Source of the DNA: Paraphysomonas bandaiensis
Taxonomy: Eukaryota > Protista > Chrysophyceae
DNA: 64,000 nucleotides
NCBI GenBank assembly: GCA_965644295.1
Contig: CBFFRP010000026.1
Location: forward strand, 39,571-103,570
Reading direction: 5' to 3'
The notes beneath the pieces were generated by a model. The model was not told the origin of the DNA, ran no database searches, and was given only the letters and a program-made list of their open reading frames with translations. Made by a program: the position numbers and the translations under genes. Shown in pieces: positions 25,921 to 39,085 of this stretch. The first letter of the stretch is position 1; every line of letters begins with the position of its first letter.

Positions 25921-28681
25921 CTAAACGGTCGAAACTATGTAAAATTGTGTAAATTACGTATTATTAGAGTATGTATTTTGTATATACGGTTGCTGGTATA
26001 CTGGCAGGAGTGTGTTAGATGTGAGGGTCATGTGACCATAAATAGACACACAGACAGTCTATTGTGGGGTGAAATTATGACCCAACCTGCAGATTAAAAC
26101 AAAGGACGATTGATGGAGTCGTTAATGGACTGACTTGACTTCACTGTACCGCAAGCTTCATGCTGTGCAAGACCAGTACGATGACTTTTAACCGCTTGAG
26201 ACAACTGCTTCATGTGTGTGGTTATTGCCTTAAGAAGAGACAGTGAAGTGGAAGAGGACCCTTACAAGAGGATAAAATACTGCTTGAGTCGTTATTTTGC
26301 AGAAGGTATGCTCAGTGTGCATCCTGTGAAGTTCTCCCGATAATTCAAGGATTCAAGTAATGTGACCGTTAGCATCTTCAATATCCATCAATGGGGGACA
26401 GCGTTCATATTAGTATTATCAATGCATGCAATTAATAGAAAAAATATTTTGGGTAAATTATTTCCTATATATACACCTCTGTATCAGCATCGTGCTCCAG
26501 AAGTTGTCTCGGTGTAAGATCGGTACTTCTTATATACCACATACCGCAGAGTGACTGCTGTGTAAGTGTTCTGGATTGAGAGTAATGCTCTTAGGGTGTA
26601 ATGCGCAGGTAACCAACTCTGGCCAACGGTGGTGCCCCATCCAGAACTATACTTCCAGCGACTCGCCAGGTATTGTGGATAAACAAGATTACACGTCACC
26701 TCATGATAATAAACTTCTGACAAACAAAACTGCTGCGACTTCTCTGGAAATTATCCTTCTTGATGAGTATTATGTATATTACGTACTGGCGGTAATGCAT
26801 ACCGTACAACTGACAATGCACAACTGTATATCGATTGTTGCACAAATCACACAGACAGTATGTATATATATAATATCGATTACACGAATCACACTGACAG
26901 TATGTATATATCAGTTGTTATTATATTTAAATACTTCCGGTATTAATGTCATAAGACAGCGAATACTAAAAACCTTATTCTTTACTTATAATATATATCA
27001 CTTCCGAATACAGCTACCAACGATTTAATTTTCCTAATCTGTTAGCCAAAGTATTGATATTAAGATCATTAGGCCGCGCTGGCTTTCTATCGTATATTAA
27101 GTCTAACAAAATAGGGTATGTTGCATCAAACACTGAGCTACTATTCTGCATAGTAATTTCACCATCACCTCGTATGATACCTTTCTCCATTGCTAATCGA
27201 ACAAGTGTTCGCATTACCTTGGAAGTTCGACTGCAGTTTGTGCTGCTACTCTTCCCCACGCAATGTTGCAGAGGTCGAACATACCGCAAGGGACCAATCT
27301 CATCGCGAGAATTGCCAAACCACCACAAACCCCACATTGTCCATACGTTGTAGGAAGGAAACTCAAACTTCTCCTTAGCAAAGTCTGAGCGTAGTCTCAT
27401 GAAAGCATCTCTAGAAGGAGCTGACAATGAAGAACCTTGGTAAACATTACCTGACTCCAAGCGCTCAATCATTTTGTTCTGTTGCTGAGTCATCTGCTGA
27501 ATTGACTCCGTTAGTGTTTTGACACTTGTTCATATCTGTAGTTTTGGTGCCAGTTTGGTCCACTTTAGTAGTGCCAAAAACAATAGTTAGGGCATCGTTT
27601 ATCCAATCCATGTTGCATGTTAAGATGTCGTCAATATTATCGGAACGACCAATTGTATTCACTGACAACTTAGTGAATAGGGAGGCAAATAACCCTTCAT
27701 GCCAAGACTGGCTTCTGGCAGTTGGAATCTTGCTCATGAAATGGGCACAAATGGTTTTGTATCCGTATAGGTTATAGGGAAGTTTGCCGTCTCGAACTTT
27801 CATAATTCCGTTTCTTTTCTTCAGCCCTATATCCCTCTTATATGTAGCAATAGCCGCACATATAGCTCTGTCAACCTCTACTGGCCAAACATGACCAACT
27901 TTACTCATATTCGGACTATCATATTCGTGCCACCAACGCAGAGCACTCTTATAATTTTGATACGTTTGTGCGCTTACAGTAACAACATTTTGTCCGGGAT
28001 TAAGATCTCTTTCATTCATTATACTATCGCCAGTTGAAGGAGCGCTAGTAGTGCATGCATTCTCTTGATTGATCTCGAATGAACTTCGCTTCTTCTTTCG
28101 CCGACTTGATTTCGCTAGGTGCCTGTTGATTGAGATGTATGCGAACAAAAGTTTTGCGGTGTCTGCAGACATTGGAAGTTTCAGGACATATATATGCTTG
28201 GCGTCACCCGTATGCTTTCTAACATCCCCATCAACAATTTCCAATGCTTCGTTTCGAATTGCAGGCTCCGCTTCATTCAGCAGTCCTGTCATAACTCGCA
28301 ATTTGGATAAGTAGTGGGACTGTGTTGCTTTCATGACATTTCGTTCTGCCTGACCCTGAATAACGTGTTCTAATGCGGCTCGTTTCATCACTTTGTCTTG
28401 ATGACCAATGTCAAAGTATATATATATCTTATGAACATCATAACAGCAAGATCATAGCTGCAAGATCGCACAAAAACAAACCGTTTGTGGCACTTTTCGG
28501 AGTCAAAAACTGGCGATTTTTTTAGTTTAGGTTGTGTAATTCATTTTACATAGTTCTTCTAGTTTCGCTAAACCCAAAAACTCACACACACTACAATAGA
28601 GAATAATTTTTTCTCGTGTAAATTATTTTACACAACTCCCAAAAATCCTGCCTTTAGTTTTACATAGATCGGTGGGTTTTC
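25915..28681 (-). mobile_element. Crypton-like copy 3, internally deleted non-autonomous derivative with both ends
   Basis: Left part offset 6106 and right part offset 5162 relative to copy 1. ~950 bp (about 21418-22367 of copy 1) is replaced by filler cacttg at ~27523. The frameshifted 308-aa ORF lacks HxxR and Tyr. Confidence 0.9.
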
Positions 28682-28980
28682 GTATGTACATACTGCTGTA
28701 CATACTGTACATACATACTGTACATACATACTGTACATACATACTGTACTGTACCTGGCATAGAGCGATAAAAGAATCGCGTTATATCGCGAGTGGCATC
28801 CTGCTCTGTACACAGCGCACAGCACACAGCACAGATATACTCACATCAGCCAGGTACTGACACAACAATCACTTAAGCCGGTTATCGTGATTGTCTGAGC
28901 AGCTCAGTGATGAGATGAAGCACTCTGACATTGATGATTTCATCCTCTATCTAGCATACAGACATAGATAGACGGCTGCG

Positions 28981-31900
28981 ATGGAAGGGACTACACGAGA
29001 GCGATTCCCGTTCCGACTGATCCTGACTCTTCACGATCTGTCCCATGTAAGGCCCTGTCTACCCATCATATGATACCATATCTCCATATGGTGCATCTAT
29101 GTGTGTTATATCTCCATATGGTGCATCTCTGTGTGTTATATCTCCATACGGTACATCTCTGTGTGTTATATCTCCATATAGTGCATCTATGTGTGTTATA
29201 TCACTGTGTCGTATATTATTGCGTGGTACAGCACCATATGTTATATTGCTGGATAGTACATCACTCTATGCAATGTCACTAAATGGTATATCACCATGTC
29301 TTCTCACTACTATATTTTTTCTGATTGATATGTGTCATTACTAAATGAGTCATCACAATACGTCATATCAGGTACCGACAGCTAGTTTTTTCTCTAGAAG
29401 TGGTGCGGTGCATGTACGTGTTGTCGCCCAGCGTACCACTCTAGCGAAGAGCTCTGCTGTACGTCGCGGAGCAGTAGGAGGGACAGGAGGGGTGAAATGG
29501 GAGGGAGGGTGTAAACTCTCTGTCTCACTGTTGCACACCTCCTTTATCCTTCACTTGGTTATATGTGACTCAGATGGAGCGCATATAGGGAGGGCCTCGC
29601 TGGATGTCAGGACGGTCACCAGAGATGTGACTGCTACGCATCAGCTTCCGGTGGCTTTCACATCGTCGACTATGCAGGACAGTCGTTTGACAGTCACTGT
29701 GAAAATAGAGGTAATAGGCGTCGTGCTCCTATGGGCTGATAAGTGCTGATGATCGAAATTTAGACTGCAGGCTTGTCATCACCACTGACAGCACCTCTCA
29801 CCAGTGGATTGGGCCCGACTGAGGATCTTAGTCAGAATCTGTGTTACGTCTTGAATGCCGGACGAGAGTGTGTGCCTGCGGGGTACACCGGATGTCATAA
29901 CGCTGCCTTTCGCAATTCTCTCTTGGCGAGGCGGGTGTCTGACGAAGATGCTGACTCATCTCTTTGCCGACTGGATAGATTAGAGGACCTCTTCCAGGAC
30001 AGCTACCTCCTCACTCGCCAGGTTTGCAGCAGCAGAAGTAGTGCACATATCACTGGCTCACTGAGAGCAATGCCCTTCGGCACACTTCGGTCGGTACGTG
30101 TGCCTCATTTTCTCTGCAGCCAGACCACCAGGATTGAACTTGCCAAGTCCAGTGGCACCGAGGATTGTTATACGGTTCCAGCAGGAATGATACTCTCAGT
30201 TCAACCTGATTTGCATATATGGACCGCGTACGCTGCAGATCCGTTTATGACGAAAGAGCGACATGTGCTGAAACTAGAAACACTGGTCGCGTCTTCATAC
30301 GGCTATGACACCAAATATACATTTGTGAAGTGCGAATCCATATATAGTGCGTGGGCTTTAATGCGAATGTTGCATCGTGTTGTGCACCATGAATCAACTC
30401 TTGCTCATCAGAGAGTAGCACGAACACTTTGTAACCCCTACATCTGGACCAAGGAAGGTTGCACTCTTCCCTCGCCCTGCATTCCTGCAACAGTTCTTGC
30501 TCCAGCAAATAACATCCCTGTTGCAACGCGTTGTGGTGTTACTGTCAATGATATTTCTGGAAGTGGTCCGTCTACTTTATCCTTTTCACCGTTCGCAGAA
30601 GGTTACGATTCGTTGAACACCTTTGCAGACAACGTCTTGGATCTGGCTTCGTTGACCGCCGTGGAAATCAACTCTGACTACTTATGTAGTGGAGAGTATT
30701 TGCTGCGGGTGGAGATAACCGCAGGTGACCTTGGCTGCCTCAAATCATACTTTTATGAGCTGCTCCCGGTCACTTACGTTATCGCAAAGTGCAGTGGACT
30801 AACGGCCTGCAAATCAGTGAACCTACATCGTAGTGGAGGGTTATCAGATGCCATTTACAAAGTAAACTTTGAGAAACCTGCAGGTTATATTTATCAGTAG
30901 CATCATGGATTTTAAAGTAACTTTTTATGCTCCACAGAGCATTTTGATGAGGAGCAAGTACTACAGCTTCCTGATGGAGGTTTCTTCCTGTTGTTAACTG
31001 AAGAAGACATCAGGGGTGCCAGATGTAGTAAGGGTAAAGGACTCATGCTAGTTTTATATCATGGCACCATTGGCGCAGAGCATGTAGTCGGAGAACAATT
31101 CCTACCTCTATACAAAATCCTTCCGCCTGAGATTAGAGGGCAGCTGGAGTCCGTCGGCTCTTCTTTGCCAGATATAGTCCTGCAGAGGAGCGACGTAAAC
31201 CAGAGTAAGCCCAATGACAGTTCTGGCTTCGGTACAGAGGAAATCAGAGGAAAGAATGAAAGAGAAGGCTTGGATACAGTGCCCCGTTGCGGCGCTTCGA
31301 ATTCTCTCTTATCGTCATATTCAGTGAATGTACCACTAGATTCGCGACTGTCATTCCAGTTTAAAATAGTGTCTGGTGTGGTTTATGATTCTACGAAATC
31401 GCGTCACGATGGCAATGGCATCAATGTGATGAAGCTTGGGCGATACATGTCTATTTTGTGTCATGTCGTCATGTGGAATGGTGGGTACAAATATATTTTG
31501 ATTGCAATCGGTATTAATTCATTTCACGTGTTTAGGCCGTCGTCCCACTGCATCTTTGGACAAGTACCTAAAACAGCAGAGTCTCCATTCATCGCCATCA
31601 CCTTGGAATGCAGACACGGAATTTTCCTTTACCACAGATGATGGAATTCACCTTGGAGATATGATACGAATAAAGCTAATCGATTCGTATGACTTGGAAT
31701 CCGCTGGAGTTGTGTATATTCCGTTGAGTGATTTTGAACTCAAAAGTTCTTTTTCTGAAGCACCCACTCGGACCTATCCCATTGTACCTTGTACTTATAA
31801 ACTAGATGATAGAACTCCGTCTCGTGAAGTGCAATCCGGCATCGGAACTATAAGTGTGAATTTGTCAAGGCGTCAGAGCACTTTCCCAGACAATCGTATG

Positions 31901-34900
31901 GGCGCACCCAACATCAATCTTCGGTGTTCATGCGCACTAGCAAGTGAGCATACAAGTCGATGGCCAGGATATTCAATTCTGTCGAGCGCCATGCACAGTT
32001 TTGATGCTAGTGATATGTCAGAGACAGTTCATATGTCCTTGTTCTATGATGGTGCCTTAATTGAACTGAGCACTGTGAATTGCGGTGAAGACGATGACGA
32101 TGACCAAAATAACAACGACATGGGCTCTAGATTTCATAGGCGGAGTACTTTGGAGAGCTTAGATGAAGATATATCAGATTGGATACACTTGGCTGATGAG
32201 AGTCAAACAACTAGTACAATGAATTCTCGATCAGCTGAACTACGAAAACACTTGAATTCTGTGCTCGCTACTTGTGAAGAGCGAAGCAATATGTCTGTAC
32301 CCGTTGTGTTTGTACCCTGGAGCCAGATATCACATGTAGATGTTATAACACCGTCGGTATTATCCGTGAGGTTAACAGTTCATCGCTATCTTGGGGGCGG
32401 ACTTGATGTTGACGACGGAGTCAGAAATACATTCAGAGCAGCTGAGGTAGAAGTCTTTCTATGCCCTTGTAATTCTCGAAAACTTTTTGCAGCGATTGAG
32501 GAAAGAATACGAGCGTTTCCTTCGAGGCAGTCTGTTAAAGCTGCTTTATCAGAAGAATTGCGAGGTCATGGTCAGACTGATGGAACTGTGGTTGGGCCTA
32601 TGTCACCTGCAATCTCTGCTATAGCATTCGTTAGTCAGCGTATGAGTGATCTTAGTAGCGATATTAATAAATGTCGCGCGAGCGGTGTAACTTCAGAGGA
32701 TGTCGATTCTCTGTTGTATGTACTGGACAACAGCAGTGACTGCCGTGGAAGAGTCGTTCGTGGATTTGTGTTCCAATCCACCCCGCATTACAGGAATTTG
32801 CGCTCAGTACAAGTTTCCTCGGATACATTCAAAATGATTTCGCTGCTAAGGGAGCAGTGCAGAATGTGGCTTTACATTGCGGCTGTCGCGTCTGCATATC
32901 AGCATTATATTCCTCCTGATCATTATACTTTTTCAGAGAACACACTCCTCGATCAAATTGAGCAGGATTTTATGGCAGCGGAGCGACAAATATATCAGGA
33001 AATTGACTATGCAAAGCTCCATAATACCGCAAGTGAGGAAAATGCTTGTATGGGTACAATTTCTGAAGTGAAGTCCAGTCGGTGTCATATATCTCTTCTT
33101 ACATCTGATTTGCTCGTTCGTAGACTTCGAGATGCTGCTCTTGCCCTTTGGGCCAATAAGAGAGTACCATCGGTTACCTGTATGTGCAATTTACTTGACG
33201 TTATCGTTCACCGCTATTTTCTTGAAGTGACTCGAGTACTAAGTAGATACTTTCGGCACGATGGAAGGGCGCTTGATGCAGAACCTGGCAAGGTGATACA
33301 TTGTTGAATTAGTGCATCTATCTTACACTTATGTTGTACAGCAAGCCTACCAGTCAACAAGCAAACTTCACCTTGTGTCCATATTTACAGAAATGAACGA
33401 TTGTTTTCGAAATGCTGTACGGTGTTCGTTGGGCACGTTCAATATTGGACTTCGCAACAGTGTGCCGTCTACACTTAATGAGACAGTAAATACAAGTTCT
33501 GATAACGTTTCTGAAGTTCTTTTGTTGTCTTCTGTTTTTAATGTGAATGATCTAGTTGCTGATTTCAGCACCATACTTCTGAGGGAAATGAAGCAATGGG
33601 TGGTTCGTACTGTTTCGGTATGTTCGATACCTTAATATATTTGTATTTTGCTTCTTATGCCAACATATAGACATGGCGCAAGAAGGCGGAAAACGAGAGT
33701 AGTTTTTTGTGCACGATGCTTCCGTGGTTTCCTGTTCGTCTTGAACAGTCCCTACGACAGAAGTTGGAGAGGGACGTAAGTAATTTGAGACGCCAAAGAG
33801 CCGGGCAGAGGTTTCTTACTCTCATTCCTGAGGACGTTGCATTGGCGTTAAATCAATATCTAGAGGTGAATAATTGATGAGAATTGTAAACTTGAGTTTT
33901 AGTGATATGCTTATATACAGGATTGCATGCTAGTTTCTGGTACCTCGAATTGTGAGGATGATCTAGACAAACTTTCTCAGGACAATATGGGTTTTATAAC
34001 TAAGGTTGCTCTTAAAGTGCGACTGTTATATGCGACGAGTTTTTTGTATCTATCACAAGCCTATGATGATGCACTGTCTGAAGTTAGAAATGTTCTTGCT
34101 GGCGCAGGTGTATGTTGTGTTGGACCAAAGAAAGCATATCGTGGGACAATATTTCGCTTTCGTGAGGATACGAAATGCCGTTCTGGCGGTTGTAATGTGA
34201 CGAAAGATGAACTGTTGGATGAGTGTGCGGTGTGGTTATGTAGCTGTGCGAATGATATGTATAGGGCTGGAAAAAAGCATTTTGCAGCGTCTTTTGACAT
34301 TGCATCTCAGCATGCATATGATGAGAACGATACCGAGTCCACCGATACAGACAGTGATGAGGAGTGGGATGGTGTTGGCATAGTGGGTGACGCTGTCAGA
34401 AAAACAGAGGTCTCATTCGGACAAGTGATGTATAATTGTATTAGGACAATTGGTGATCTGATCATGTTTTCTGTCAGTGACATATTTGAACGTGACAAGT
34501 TTGCTGCATTGTGGATCAATCATGTATCCAGAGCTGTGAATTCTCCTGGAAAATATATGCTGTCTTCATCTCGAACGCGTGCTATTAATTCGGAAAGTGG
34601 CCCTATATGTCATGGTTTATTTGTGATAGAATCATTTTTGAAAAATTACGAAGCGTGGTTGGAGCCACTCTGTTACGCTCAGTTACTGAGAGAATGTTTG
34701 CACAGACTAAATGTGGTATACCTAACGTTTTTAAAAGACTTATCGGAAGAACATCCGGTCAGACCACTATGTCTTGATTCGGTTAAACAGGTGTGCTCCA
34801 AAAATGTAGTTAAATAAATAAATTTCAGTAGGTTGCGAAAGATGAGGCAGATATCAAAAGATTTTTCACATCTCTAGGAAGTGTGAGGAGTGCTTCGAAT

Positions 34901-35925
34901 CGACGATTGCAGCACTCCATTCGGCATCTGAATTATTTAAATGTGTGTTCTACACACATTTGCACTGAAATATGCAATGATATTTGTGAATTAAACTTCC
35001 CACTTACTAATATTTCGCGCCTACTGTGTTGCGACATATATTCTGAAGAGTTCGTGATTGTCACGCAGAATCTGGTGTCTGTTGCTAAAGTAAGATGTTA
35101 ATGAATTATTGATGTTTTGTTACTTGATGTTCGTAGAGTCATCCAGCAGATGCAAGTGCACTTGCGAGAATGATGCGTGCGATAGTTTCACTGCGTGCAG
35201 ATATGCATTGTACAGACGACAGTATTGATACTGAGAAAAGGCAGGTGGTGTTACAGGCATACGAACTGTCCATCCGATCCCAGTCTCAGAGTGAGACTGC
35301 GGGTTACGGGGTGGCTCTCTCTAGTTCGGTTGCTAAGGTTTTTGCTCCGGAATTTATCCCTCAGCATAATATGCCGTCGCTTTCTATAGTATCTGGAATC
35401 ACCTCACGGCAAGAACCTCAGCAGGCATTTAGGGAATCTTTGATAGAAGTGTCATGCATTCGAATTACCGGGTTTTCTCCTGCTAATGCGGAAAGGGTAA
35501 TGGGAAGTTTACTGGGTGTCGGAACAGGAGTGGTGTCCCTTTTATTGGCAATGCGTCTAGAGGACAGCAGTGAGCGGGGCACGTTGGATGCATTGGACAC
35601 GTACGAGAGTACATTATTGCCGATTTATTACTCATATGACACCAATGAATGGGTTCCTCGTACTACAGGCGACTCCGCTGTAAATCTGCCTTGCAGTGGA
35701 GGATATGCACATAAAGACCTCGTGTGTGAGCTACAAAGCAAGTCGTTTATCAGAGGGCGCATTGTTCTTGTTGGTCGCACAACTATGTCTTTGGGTGGAA
35801 TCGACACTACTACTACCACCTTTGAAGGAATTATTGAGTTGCTGCGTATATCAAGTAGTGAATTAGATGCAGAAGCGAAATTATTATTTTCTGTGAAACT
35901 AAAAGCTGGAAGCAGGGGTCTCTAG
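28981..35925 (+). CDS. Large multi-exon protein with C2-like domains and a helical bundle (Munc13/Sec6-like architecture, tentative)
   Basis: Exon 1 MEGTTRERFPFRLILTLHDLSH with donor 29047 and acceptor 29371. C2-like beta segments (VKWEGG...HIGRASLDV; SPWNADTEFSF...IRIKLIDSYD...GVVYIPLSDF; C-terminal LVGRTTMSL). Long ORFs are linked by short introns; helical region with WLCSCAND. Product assignment is weak. Confidence 0.7.
29078..29202. repeat. 30-bp minisatellite (~4 units) in intron 1 of the C2-like gene; duplicated at ~23916-24040
   Basis: tatctccatatggtgcatctatgtgtgtta units. Confidence 0.85.
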
Positions 35926-36336
35926 CTGATGAGATAAATAGCTACATTATATATTATATTGATTGAGATAGAACTTAGCATTACAGTTGTTACATATTGT
36001 AGAAGATTCCTATTGTAATATACTACTTTTAATTTTGAGTTTTGCTCAGATAATATTTATGAACTCTTCCTGTAGCAATACAACTCTTTCCATGGTGGTG
36101 GGGGTTATGATACACGTAACCGCCGCAACTTCATATGCATCGATTCGAATACATTTCGGAAGCCCTAGAACACAGACATATAATATACTTCTTTGCCCAG
36201 TTGAAAAGCTTTACATGCTAAACTTAAAAAAGAACACGTGAACGCGACGAGATAAATTCAATTTTGGCTATATTTATTATTAAAAGTGAATTTACAGAGT
36301 ATAGCATCAATACAGAGAGAGATGAATCATCGGGCA

Positions 36337-37443
36337 TCAATTAGGAGGTTTACTATTCATTCCCAACGTACCCAACTTTGCCGCGGCTTTTCTTTTAATA
36401 CACTCTTCCTCTCCCATTAATGCAGCCCATTCCTCTTGAGCTTTAGTGGATATCACTTTCTGACTCTTAATACCGCCGCGACTGACGTTTTTAGGTGCTT
36501 TACTACTCTTCTGGGTTTTACAATTGATTTTACTTGATACTCTGGCGTGCGCCGCTTGCACAAGCTTGTCTTCTTCCTGACTTAAATCATCAATAGTCTT
36601 CTTTACCTCCCCACCTATTGGGATGTTTCCCGACTGCCCTCGTCCGATGTCTGATACTTTTTTCTCACCTTTAGTAGTTGCACCTAGAGATGTGTGTAGA
36701 GCAGCGACGAAGAGCTCATTGCGAACTTTTGCCCTCTCTGCCTCCTGAGCTGCAGATGCTGATGATGTCCTAGAGCTGCTCTGCGGATACTCCTCCGACT
36801 GCTCGGACCCCGCCGGAGGTGTCCAGTTAGGATTCATAAATGTGTAGACCGCATCTTTATCACCACAACTATCCCTCCCATCAGAAAACTCTGGATTAAC
36901 TGTAGAATAACTATTCGTAGAACGATTTGAAATAGACTCTGCATCAACGGGCGTGTGGGTAGATGGCGCCGCAGGAGGTAGACTGGACTCGTCTTTAGGT
37001 GGCTCTGTGCGGACACTAGTCTGACTCTTGATTGAGGAAGAGAACTTCAGCGCCTGTACATTATCAGGTTCAACAGAGAGCAATGTCTCTATCGCCTCCT
37101 GAGCCTCCTCAATCTTCCCCATCCTCTCATAGGCCTGAGCTTGTCTGAATAGAGCCTTTACATTGAGAGGGTCCTCCTGCAGAGCTAATGCAGACACACG
37201 CAGACTCTCATGGAGATCATTCGTACGAAGAAACAGAGCAGACAGATTGTTGAGACACGCCATCTTAATCTGAGAGCACCAGGGAGGGAGGGGCGTGTCT
37301 GTGTGTGTGTCTGTGTGTGTCTGTGTGTATGTGTCGACGTCTATGAGAACAGAGAAATATAAGTCACGAGCAGCAGACAGATCACCCTCTTTGAACAGGG
37401 AGTTAGCCCGCTCCTTCTCGCGCTCCATATGATCCTGCTCCAT
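36337..37443 (-). CDS. TPR-domain protein (co-chaperone-type TPR), single exon
   Basis: KERANSLFKEGDLSAARDLY, CLNNLSALFLR, ALQEDPLNVKALFRQAQAY, LLSVEPDN; low-complexity C-terminal half. Confidence 0.85.
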   Translation of the reverse strand: MEQDHMEREKERANSLFKEGDLSAARDLYFSVLIDVDTYTQTHTDTHTDTPLPPWCSQIKMACLNNLSALFLRTNDLHESLRVSALALQEDPLNVKALFRQAQAYERMGKIEEAQEAIETLLSVEPDNVQALKFSSSIKSQTSVRTEPPKDESSLPPAAPSTHTPVDAESISNRSTNSYSTVNPEFSDGRDSCGDKDAVYTFMNPNWTPPAGSEQSEEYPQSSSRTSSASAAQEAERAKVRNELFVAALHTSLGATTKGEKKVSDIGRGQSGNIPIGGEVKKTIDDLSQEEDKLVQAAHARVSSKINCKTQKSSKAPKNVSRGGIKSQKVISTKAQEEWAALMGEEECIKRKAAAKLGTLGMNSKPPN

Positions 37444-37759
37444 GTCTTGGAAACAACAGCAGACTCACTCGCGAGTATATGAGCTCCTCTCTCTCTCTCT
37501 ATGAATGTATGTCTATATGGACCTCTTGTCTGCACATTCTTACAGGGGTTTATGCAGCAATGGGTCCTCAAAATAAGCAAATGCTTTCAAAAAGCGGAAT
37601 TTCAGGTCACATTTTTAAAACAGCACTACCCAAAATCACGCTTTTTATGAAAAAGCGCTATTTTCATGCGCTTGTAAATACACGACGTTATACATACTGT
37701 GTATAAGGAAGCATGGCTGTATTCTGCTGTGTGATATGTACAGAGTATATAGCAGTATA

Positions 37760-38325
37760 TACATACATACATACATACATACATACATACATACATACAT
37801 ACATACATACATACATACATACATACATACATACATACATACATACATACATACATACATACATACATACATACATACATACATACATACATACATACAT
37901 ACATACATACATACACACATACATACATACATACATACATACATACATACATACATACATACATACATACATACATACATACATACATACATACATACAT
38001 ACATACATACATACATACATACATACATACATACATACATACATACATACATACATACATACATACATACATACATAGATACATAGATACATAGATACAT
38101 AGATACATACATACATACATACATACATACATACATACATACATACATACATACATACATACATACATACATACATACATACATACATACATACATACAT
38201 ACATACATACATACATACATACATACATACATACATACATACATACATACATACATACATACATACATACATACATACATACATACATACATACATACAT
38301 ACATACATACATACATACATACATA
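37760..38325. repeat. (TACA)n tetranucleotide microsatellite
   Basis: ~565 bp of ACAT units with a few AGAT/ACAC interruptions. Confidence 0.99.
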
Positions 38326-38430
38326 CGTACATAGAGAGCATGTGGTGGTGGTGTGGTAGGTGCGCGTGCTGATTGTCCCAATCCAGCATCTGCTTCATTC
38401 ATATACAGAGTGTGACATTATTCCAACTCG

Positions 38431-39085
38431 TTGAACCTGGTCAGTGATAAGTGTGATCACCATGCGTCTGTGGGTGATGATTATAAGCTTATCACTAAGT
38501 GTATAGTAGGAGAACTTGAACCTCAAGAGGGTGTTACAGTATGCTGTGCTTCTGCTGCATCTGGGATTGGTAAAACTCATCTAGCATATTCAGTAGGCAT
38601 GACAGGGACATGTTTGTCGGTTATAATTCGTATTGCTGAACAACGTGAAGAAATGGTCATCCTGCATTCTCAAAACCATGGAGTTTTTTGTTAGAACACA
38701 TAAATCGTTTTGAAAAATATCGGAAATCTGGTCGAATTATGACCAAATGGCGATAGCAGTTCACGCGTACAGGTACATCAAAATGCTAATCCTGTGTTAT
38801 GCGCACGTGACACTCATCGCTATGGAAGCTGTGAGTGATGATGAGGACTCATTACGAAAAAAATGCGAATTGGCTTTACGTTTTCATCGCAATGGTCGAG
38901 GCGAAGCCCTGATATTGGGCTGTGTCAAAGCACTCGTCGCTGAGATGGAAATTGTTGATGACCAAACTGGTTTGACTGTAATTTCTGCTGAGAAAATGGA
39001 GAAGTTTTATGCCAGTGTCAAATCCAGATCCGCTGGAGAAGTTCCTTTTCTGCTATGTTTCGATGAGATTCTAAGAATTGGATGA
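38431..39085 (+). pseudogene. Frameshifted P-loop NTPase fragment
   Basis: Walker A-like AASGIGKTHLAY and Walker B-like FLLCFDE in separate ORFs, interrupted by stops/frameshifts that I could not bridge with introns. Confidence 0.55.

Noticed and set aside
19809-29635. Cluster as a pure assembly artefact, or as an LTR/DIRS retroelement
   Set aside because: Copy-specific SNPs, a filler-containing deletion and a base-precise end-to-end junction favour a real structure, although long reads are still needed. There is no RT or gag, so it is not DIRS/LTR.
37626-38402. (MYVC)n and (YIHT)n ORFs, also at 51395-52725 and 42718-43241
   Set aside because: Translations of micro- and minisatellites.
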